From an uncultured virus (IMG/VR IMGVR_UViG_3300005917_000001) (lineage: Duplodnaviria > Heunggongvirae > Uroviricota > Caudoviricetes), in IMG/VR virus record IMGVR_UViG_3300005917_000001: a DNA stretch of 20,000 nt. One strand, given 5' to 3'. Of the stretch, positions 15,598-20,000 are shown in pieces; positions within the stretch are counted from its first letter, which is position 1, and each line of letters opens with the position of its first letter. The notes beneath the pieces were generated by a model. The model searched no databases, was not told the origin of the DNA, and saw nothing but the letters and a program-made list of their open reading frames with translations. Position numbers and translations under genes: made by a program.

Positions 15598-15739
15598 ACC
15601 GTCGCTCCAGCAACCGGGCAACCGCCCGGCCATCCTTCTGCCGGAGGTGGCTCGAATGCCCCGTGTTCGGCCGCAGCCCGGCAAACACCGCCGCTTTCCG
15701 GGCCCCCCTCGCCTGTTTACTCTTCTGCACCTTGCCCAT
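15590..15739 (-). CDS. Small basic protein (49 aa, not in ORF track)
   Basis: MGKVQKSKQARGARKAAVFAGLRPNTGHSSHLRQKDGRAVARLLERRYA; AGGAGG RBS. Confidence 0.5.
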   Translation of the reverse strand: MGKVQKSKQARGARKAAVFAGLRPNTGHSSHLRQKDGRAVARLLERRYA

Positions 15740-15965
15740 CTGCGCCTCCTGGGAAAAAATCACGGTTTGCAGACATAATCACAAACGGGTTACCATCCAA
15801 TATCTCCGGATGGTATAGTGCCGTATAAGCAGCTTTGAAGGCTGCCGTGATCTCCTCGGACGTTGGATTCTTTTTCTGCCGCAGTCTGTCAAACGCCTTA
15901 ACCGCCGCGACGATCTCATGCTCCCACAGTAGGATAACTTTCAGACTTGCACTGGCCGTTGGCAT
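15717..15965 (-). CDS. Hypothetical protein
   Basis: Start MPTAS at 15965 after GGAGGAAGG. Confidence 0.6.
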   Translation of the reverse strand: MPTASASLKVILLWEHEIVAAVKAFDRLRQKKNPTSEEITAAFKAAYTALYHPEILDGNPFVIMSANRDFFPGGADGQGAEE

Positions 15966-16038
15966 ACACCTTCCTCCCATTAATTAAACGAAACCCACAA
16001 GTAATACATCGGTGGAATAAACACCCACGTTCCCGAAT

Positions 16039-16332
16039 TCATCGCCTCTTCTCCACCGCCTTCAGACACGCAACCGTAAACACCTTACACCGCTGTCCAT
16101 CCCTCTCGAACCACAGCGTCCCGTCCGGGTCCGACTCTGCGAACCTGATCCCATGATACTCCAATGCGGCCTTAACGCGGTCGCTGGCAACGTACCCGGC
16201 GGGCTGGACATACTCATAGGCCCTTACTATTGCCATCATGTGCCACCAATACCCAAGCGCCACCCCGACAAGCAATATACCCAGGACCAGGATCAACCGT
16301 CTAAGGATCATCTTTTCTTTCACAGTCTCCAT
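16039..16332 (-). CDS. N-terminally anchored membrane protein
   Basis: 97 aa; LILVLGILLVGVALGYWW segment. Confidence 0.7.
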   Translation of the reverse strand: METVKEKMILRRLILVLGILLVGVALGYWWHMMAIVRAYEYVQPAGYVASDRVKAALEYHGIRFAESDPDGTLWFERDGQRCKVFTVACLKAVEKRR

Positions 16333-16335
16333 CTT

Positions 16336-16698
16336 TTATGCCTCTTCACTCTCAGCAATCTTCTTTAGGGCAAACCGTCTTGTCTCTTCCGGTGTTGCAA
16401 GAATGGGATCGCCACCACTAAAACCGGGGTGATATTCTTGAACCTCCCACTTCACATAAAGTTCATCACCGGGTATTACATAGCGCCCACCAGAGTCAAA
16501 ACGCTTTGCTGCAATAATTTTATTATTACTAATCAATGCAGTCCCATCAACTTTAATGTGCGGTTCTCGCTCGGACAGCCCTAACGGTATGTCTTTCCCT
16601 AACAACGGGTCAGGCGTGTCTATGATCGTTGCCACAGCAGCAATAGGAGCCGCTGCGGCGGCCTTTAAACTGATACCTAAAAAATCACGTCTGTTCAT
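16336..16698 (-). CDS. Protein with twin-arginine signal-like N-terminus
   Basis: MNRRDFLGISLKAAAAAPIAAVA from ATG 16698. Confidence 0.7.
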   Translation of the reverse strand: MNRRDFLGISLKAAAAAPIAAVATIIDTPDPLLGKDIPLGLSEREPHIKVDGTALISNNKIIAAKRFDSGGRYVIPGDELYVKWEVQEYHPGFSGGDPILATPEETRRFALKKIAESEEA

Positions 16699-16731
16699 AG
16701 CAACCCCTTCTTTTCCCAATCAACAATTTTA

Positions 16732-16780
16732 CCCCGTTAAATTTTCACGAAGTGAAACGGCGTAGCCGATTTAACCGGGG
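16732..16780. repeat. Branched REP-like palindrome
   Basis: CCCCGTTAAAT/ATTTAACCGGGG outer stem enclosing TTTCAC-gaa-GTGAAA and CGGC-gta-GCCG. Confidence 0.6.
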
Positions 16781-17004
16781 CATCAATCTAAATAAAGCTC
16801 CCATTTTGGCCGTATCTGCCGGGGGAGGGAACGGACCCGCTCAAGCCTTAACAACATTAGGAGGTACGTCATGAAATCGGTTTAGTTTTTGAGTTGTAGA
16901 TTACCCGTTTACACACCGGACAGACTGCCACCCACCCGTACCCATACCTAATTGCTTTAATATTCTTTTTTCCGCAACACCCCATTTTTATCCCTCGCCC
17001 ATCT

Positions 17005-17904
17005 TTACTTCAATTTCGGAATCAGGCTGTTTTTCCGATACGCCAAGCTGGTTTTTCGTTTCTCTCGGCACGCGTTCCATGCCAAGGAACATCGATATGC
17101 ATATTCATGATTACTTGGATGGTGAACTCCACTATCAATTCTTGTCAAAAACTCTCTTAACTTCATTTCAGGCATGTCCCTTGACAGAAATTCTCCGTCT
17201 CTTACATGCCCCCAAAAGTCCTTCGCGTCGTTTTTATCGACCCTGAAGGTTCTTATCATTATTAGGGCTACCGCCTGCCGGTTCAGATGTAGGCACGCCC
17301 GTTTCCCTCCGATCAATACCGTATCCAAAAAATTGCCCTCTTTCAGATATTCCTGCAATAGGCGCACTCTTTGGTCTTTCGTGATATTTGATAAACTCCG
17401 CCTGGTGGCGGTCACCTTGCCAGGACTACCGGGGGGATTTATTCTAAGTGAGCCGTATCGATCTACCGTCGCAGCCTTTACCGTTAACGAAGCGATCCAT
17501 TGCGGCCAGGGTATATCCAACGCATCTGCCTCGGCTTTCACCATGTCCTCGATACTCCGGGGCAACTGTTCACATTGCCGGAATAGCTCTGACAATTCGC
17601 TTTTGCTTTTCACGGCAAACCGTAGCAAATTACAGGCAACAGTCACGCCCGAATCAATAACCGCATAACAGACGTGCTGACCGTCCATTATGATATCTAC
17701 AGGCTTCCCATTAATCATAATTCTCGCAAATATTATCCTCCCAACATGGAACAAACCGCTTTTCATTTTTTCCGCCAATTCTGCCACATGAAGACCCCGC
17801 ACCTTCCGTTGAACTTTATACGTGTTAAACTTCAGGTAATGGCCTGACAAATCCGGATCTACAGCAACGCGTTTATCCTCTATGATTCTCTCCATTAGGT
17901 TCAT
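17005..17904 (-). CDS. ParB/DGQHR-like phage protein
   Basis: Start ATG 17904 after AAGGAGG; QRKVR..HVAELAEKMKSGLF...IIMDGQHVCYAVIDSG. Confidence 0.7.
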   Translation of the reverse strand: MNLMERIIEDKRVAVDPDLSGHYLKFNTYKVQRKVRGLHVAELAEKMKSGLFHVGRIIFARIMINGKPVDIIMDGQHVCYAVIDSGVTVACNLLRFAVKSKSELSELFRQCEQLPRSIEDMVKAEADALDIPWPQWIASLTVKAATVDRYGSLRINPPGSPGKVTATRRSLSNITKDQRVRLLQEYLKEGNFLDTVLIGGKRACLHLNRQAVALIMIRTFRVDKNDAKDFWGHVRDGEFLSRDMPEMKLREFLTRIDSGVHHPSNHEYAYRCSLAWNACREKRKTSLAYRKNSLIPKLK

Positions 17905-17927
17905 ACCGCCACCCCCTCCTTTCTTTA

Positions 17928-18536
17928 CTACTCGATTACAATCAAGCTCTTCGTTATTTCCACACATCTCAAGGCAGCCTCTCTTGAAGTAGTTTCCCAG
18001 CCGTTTATACGTGCGGTTCGTACTTCCGAGAAAAAAGCGTCAAAGGCATCCTTGAAGTCCTCGTCCATCCTCTCTGTTTCGTCGATTATCTGCCGCATCT
18101 TCTTTCCCTTTTTACCCACCTCCTTTCTCGTGTTTGCATCCAGCATCTCACTCACCACCTTCGAGACATGCCGGGCGGTAATCTTGCCTTCTGGAGCTGT
18201 CTCAATAACCATTTCCCACGCTTCTTGTTGGGCTTCAGCGGTTTCAAGTTTGGTGAGGGGGCGGATTTGGGCTTCGTTGGCGGGTTGAATGTCTCCAATT
18301 GGAGACAAAACATCCTGAACGCTCGCCGAATCAATCAAGCGATAGGCGTGAGCCTGTCTCATATCCCACCTATCCTTACAATATTCTTCAAAGGTGGCGT
18401 GGGTCTCACGATACAGGCGGGAATCCCGGATCGTAGCAAGGGCGCAGCCCACTTGATAAAAAGTCCGGAGGCCCGGCTCAATAATCCCCTCCATCTCCTG
18501 CAACTCAGTCTTTTCCGTCAACGACAGCTCTTCCAC
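17928..18536 (-). CDS. Conserved helical phage protein, putative DNA-binding
   Basis: GTG start after AAGGAG; FYQVG.AL..IRDSRLYRETH.TFEEYCKDRW...AYRLI...NEAQIRPL pattern. Confidence 0.8.
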   Translation of the reverse strand: MEELSLTEKTELQEMEGIIEPGLRTFYQVGCALATIRDSRLYRETHATFEEYCKDRWDMRQAHAYRLIDSASVQDVLSPIGDIQPANEAQIRPLTKLETAEAQQEAWEMVIETAPEGKITARHVSKVVSEMLDANTRKEVGKKGKKMRQIIDETERMDEDFKDAFDAFFSEVRTARINGWETTSREAALRCVEITKSLIVIE

Positions 18537-18713
18537 TTTCGCTCCTTTATCTCACTGAAATCATTCAGGGTATACCGAGGTATACCAGAAACACTTTTAC
18601 TGCGCCCCTTGACATCAATAGATCCGCTAACTCTCTGATATTCTTAGGTATACTAATGTAACACCAGAAAAACTGCAAAGTATCCCAAGGTATACGTGAC
18701 ACGGCAAAAAAAT

Positions 18714-18968
18714 TTAGCTACCATGCTTCTCCAATAGATCACGTAACTTTTTATCTATATAAGGTTCTGCCATGAAAACATTGCCCAGGGTTTTCTGCAT
18801 CCCTTCTAAAACAAAATCAAACGCAAGCTCTGCACGGGTCTTTCCCACCAGGGTGCTCAGTTTTTCCAAAAATGCCAGGAACTCGTCAGAGCATGGGATT
18901 GACAGGCGCTGCCTCTTCTTTCCGGCAACAATCGGTTTAGCACTGAAATCCAGCTTCAATTGCTCCAT
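18714..18968 (-). CDS. Ribbon-helix-helix (CopG-like) protein
   Basis: QRLSIPCSDEFLAFLEKLSTLVGKTRAELAFDFVLEGM; AGGAGG RBS. Confidence 0.65.
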   Translation of the reverse strand: MEQLKLDFSAKPIVAGKKRQRLSIPCSDEFLAFLEKLSTLVGKTRAELAFDFVLEGMQKTLGNVFMAEPYIDKKLRDLLEKHGS

Positions 18969-18974
18969 CACCTC

Positions 18975-19259
18975 CTACCTATTCTCCGAAAATAATTGTT
19001 CAATACTCAGATCGAGCTTGGTAGCCAGGCCGGCCATCACCGCCCCGTTCCGCCGGCGGCCTTTGATGGTGTTAGACACAGTCACAATGGACCGGCCGTC
19101 TGACAGATCGGCCAGCCTTATCCCGTTTAACACCATCATCGACTTCCGGATCTCGGGCAATAAAAAGCCGTGCTCGACCATACAGTCAAACACGGCTTTA
19201 TTTTTGTTTTGAAAACTTTTTAATTTCGTGCTATGGATTAATTTTTTCAGAATTCCCAA
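18975..19259 (-). CDS. Cro/Ner-like HTH regulator
   Basis: IRLADLSDGRSIVTVSNTIKGRRRN...LATKLDLSIEQLF; TTG start after GAGGTG. Confidence 0.65.
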   Translation of the reverse strand: MGILKKLIHSTKLKSFQNKNKAVFDCMVEHGFLLPEIRKSMMVLNGIRLADLSDGRSIVTVSNTIKGRRRNGAVMAGLATKLDLSIEQLFSENR

Positions 19260-19288
19260 CTTTTACACCTCTTACGAAAGGAAACATC

Positions 19289-19564
19289 ATGAAAGACATC
19301 CTCATCGTCGTAGGACCCTCGAAAGCGGATACCCACCCCGCTTACATAGAATTACAAAAGGAAGCAGACAGATATGGCACAGAATCAAGACAAATCCTTT
19401 ACACAACGTTTTTACTATCCGGCCCCAGCTCCTTTGAACGTGCCAAAGTTTTAGGCGATATCGCTCACCGACATAATTTTCAATTCGCGCTATTCGAAAT
19501 CGAGCAGGTTCTTCAGGTCCCTGAGCCCAATCCGGACCAGGGTGGGAGGTTTCCGATTCGTTGA
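19289..19564 (+). CDS. Hypothetical protein on the opposite strand (moron-like)
   Basis: 91 aa; AAAGGA RBS; globular-looking composition. Confidence 0.55.
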   Translation: MKDILIVVGPSKADTHPAYIELQKEADRYGTESRQILYTTFLLSGPSSFERAKVLGDIAHRHNFQFALFEIEQVLQVPEPNPDQGGRFPIR

Positions 19565-19598
19565 TTTCCATCTTTTCAGCTACGCCAAGGTTGGGCAT
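19302..19598 (-). CDS. Possible antisense-overlapping ORF
   Basis: 98 aa; AGGAGG RBS in a duplicated leader motif; overlaps nearly all of 19289-19564. Confidence 0.35.
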   Translation of the reverse strand: MPNLGVAEKMEINESETSHPGPDWAQGPEEPARFRIARIENYVGERYRLKLWHVQRSWGRIVKTLCKGFVLILCHICLLPFVILCKRGGYPLSRVLRR

Positions 19599-19667
19599 AA
19601 TGAACCTCCTGTTTAAAGGTTTAACCCGGTGTGAAAACTCGTTCTTAGTGATTAATCATTGCCCTAT

Positions 19668-19868
19668 TCACTGGCCGATATCGAAAACCGACTCAGAGCT
19701 CTGAGCAATTCTCTCATAGAGGTCGTTGGCGCGGTCGAGAAGACGGGATGCACTCCAGCCATGTTTCCTTGTGAAACTGTGGAGAATATCAACATCACGT
19801 TGGGATTCTACTGTGGGTTTAGACATCCATGTTGTTATTCCTCTTTCTTCTGGCATAAGGTATTGCAT
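19668..19868 (-). CDS. Hypothetical protein, likely first gene of the early operon
   Basis: 66 aa; AGGAGG RBS. Confidence 0.6.
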   Translation of the reverse strand: MQYLMPEERGITTWMSKPTVESQRDVDILHSFTRKHGWSASRLLDRANDLYERIAQSSESVFDIGQ

Positions 19869-19933
19869 AAGAATCCTCCTGTTTTAATGTTTTAACCCGT
19901 TTGATTAATTGTTTTCTGTACGCCTGATTATCG

Positions 19934-19962
19934 TTGTTAAACTAATTTGCCACCTGTGTCAA
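19934..19962 (-). promoter_or_regulatory. Possible early promoter
   Basis: TTGACA at 19962-19957, weak -10 (TAACAA) at 17 nt, AT-rich upstream. Confidence 0.35.
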
Positions 19963-20000
19963 GAAAAAAATGCACTTGTAACAAATAAATCGAAAAAAAG

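Noticed and set aside
222..19895. Most plus-strand ORFs in the track (e.g. 3090-3710, 5822-6427, 11269-11910, 12495-13103, 14737-15477)
   Set aside because: Antisense shadows of well-supported minus-strand genes, without recognisable motifs.

Overview
Segment of a temperate tailed-phage (prophage) genome, almost entirely on the minus strand. In transcription order (right to left): early regulators (Cro/Ner-like HTH, ribbon-helix-helix, excisionase-like HTH), small hypothetical genes, a nucleotide-kinase-like P-loop protein, a short tyrosine recombinase, a 954-aa primase/P-loop fusion, an AT-rich iteron region (candidate origin), an SF2 helicase with degenerate motifs, a Gp37/Gp68 gene, a BRO-N antirepressor behind a C4/CI-like antisense leader, and the start of the packaging module (TerS-like, TerL). 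The main unexplained structure is two integron-type cassette arrays (about 1610-2663 and 6249-7665): 7 short ORFs, 5 complete attC-like sites, a broken attC at each distal end and the same half-attC hairpin leader at each proximal end. No integron integrase or attI is visible, and some cassette genes look phage-type. All calls come from reading motifs by eye; no database searches were run.
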